Source: the human T2T-CHM13v2.0 reference genome, Homo sapiens
Assembly: GCF_009914755.1 (NCBI RefSeq)
Contig: NC_060932.1
Length of the DNA: 64,000 nucleotides
Strand: one strand, 5' to 3'
In this document: piece by piece, positions 62,170 to 64,000 of the stretch
Layout: each line of letters starts with the position of its first letter
Numbering within the stretch: position 1 is the first letter of the stretch
Program-made: the position numbers and the translations under genes
The notes under the pieces: generated by a model
Database searches by the model: none
Seen by the model: only the letters and a program-made list of their open reading frames with translations
Told to the model about the DNA's origin: nothing

Positions 62170-62303
62170 TAATCAGCTACTCAGGAAACTGAGGCAGGAG
62201 GATTGCTTGAGCCTAGGAGTTCGAGCCTGCAGTGAGCTATGATTGTGCTACTGCACTCCAGCCTTGGTGACAAAGTGAGACCCCATCTCTAAAATAATAA
62301 TAA
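62170..62303 (+). mobile_element. Alu right-arm fragment
   Basis: cagctactcaggaaactgaggcaggag...gagaccccatctct. Confidence 0.8.
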
Positions 62304-62955
62304 TCATGTAAGAAGGTAGTTAGTTATCCTTAGCAGTTTTCTTCCACAATTAATAGATTCCTTGGTTTCTCAGTCATTTAGTTTCCTCTGATGGTGTTTG
62401 AAAGTCACTCATTTGTAATAAGCAGGTGGACCCCAGCCTACTCAGTGTTATTTGCGGTGGTGTCAGTTATTAGAGGGGAACATCAACTACACCAGTCACG
62501 CATCTGATCTTTTTTTGACATCCTGCCTAAAGCGAGGACTTATCCAGATATACAGAATACATGTTTTAGCCTTTTGAAGGGACATTTTGGGATAAACTAA
62601 CGCTATTCCTATATTTTCTGAGTTATCACTTTCTAAGTATTTTTCTTCCTGTGATCCACTTTCCAATCATTTTCAGGTATCTAAAGAAACTATAAGAGTT
62701 AGAGCATTCCCATCTTTCAAAGGAATGTTTGATTTTCAGGGTCTGATCCAAGCTAAGTCATCTATCTCCTTTCCCCATCCCTTTTCCTGGATAAGATAAC
62801 AGAAAAAAAACTATAAAAGCTATAAATATATGTTAAAAAGTAAAGACAAAAACCAGTTATTAACATTTCGGCTGAGTTATCTTGCAAGTGCCATTCACTC
62901 ACTAAATGTAAAAAAATCTTTTCTGAACATTATACAACTGGAGTATTCAGAGTGA

Positions 62956-63372
<417 letters not shown>

Positions 63373-63951
63373 TAAATTACTCCGATTAATATTGCCAGGA
63401 GAAGCCAAGAAGTGCCAGAGGTTTTTAAACATCAGCTATAAATTACCTATAAAATATGATAATGAAATATGCATTCAATTAGCTGATAATTTATTTTTAA
63501 GTTTGGTTGTATTAAAAGGTCAAGAAATAAAGAACTGGAGACAACATTATACGGGGGAAAGTTGCAGTTTGGAATTTTGATAGCTAGACTAAATTCCGAA
63601 TCTACAGTGAAAAATTTTACATAATGACATGTGCCAATATTAGTTGGGTGATACATTTGTTTTCAGATGAAAATACAAAAACTGGAAGAAAGAAACTAGC
63701 TAGTTTTCTCAGTAAGTGGCACTGAAACCGTAAGGAAATTCTAAGATAATTAGTGACATCCAAAAAGTCCTAATCTAGACAAAGTTTTTGGTAAGCAATC
63801 AAGGTACTGTTAGAAACACAAAGCAAAATATAATAAGGACAGGGTGACATGGAATGTAGTATGACTTTTACAAGACAAATATACCAACTCAGACACATGC
63901 AAATAAGTGATATCCATCAAAGCACTCACCCTGTCTAATATGCATGAATTA

Positions 63952-64000
63952 GACTGGGCGTGGTGGCTCACGCCTGTAATTCCAGCACTTTGGGAGGCTG
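63952..64000 (+). mobile_element. 5' end of an Alu, cut by the window edge
   Basis: gactgggcgtggtggctcacgcctgtaattccagcactttgggaggctg. Confidence 0.85.

Overview
Human genomic DNA: it is Alu-rich, and a human-specific AluYb8 copy sits at ~24.5 kb. The right half holds the 3' end of ST18 (MYT1-family C2HC zinc-finger transcription factor; 8q11.23 from recall) on the minus strand. I traced nine coding exons by hand from 61189 down to the TAG stop at 36917-36919. All have GT-AG junctions and form one continuous frame encoding four C2HC fingers and the C-terminal coiled coil. A ~2.36-kb 3' UTR follows, ending near an AATAAA at 34573-34578. The upstream exons lie beyond the window. The left ~34 kb is downstream intergenic DNA made of MaLR/ERVL LTRs, Tigger elements, L2/MIR and Alus, plus a CpG/G-rich block at ~23.6-25.1 kb. 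Almost all ORF-track entries are spurious (Alu, LTR or low-complexity sequence). I found no support for a wholly new multi-gene system. The best leads are (1) a diverged second copy of the ST18 poly(A) cassette 1.79 kb downstream of the main site, (2) a perfect 23-bp-stem hairpin at the edge of the CpG-rich block, (3) a 5'-truncated AluYb8 inside that block, and (4) the symmetric phase-2 zinc-finger exons, which allow in-frame finger deletion and a stop-free 366-nt circle. Repeat family names come from recalled consensus sequences, and repeat boundaries are approximate.
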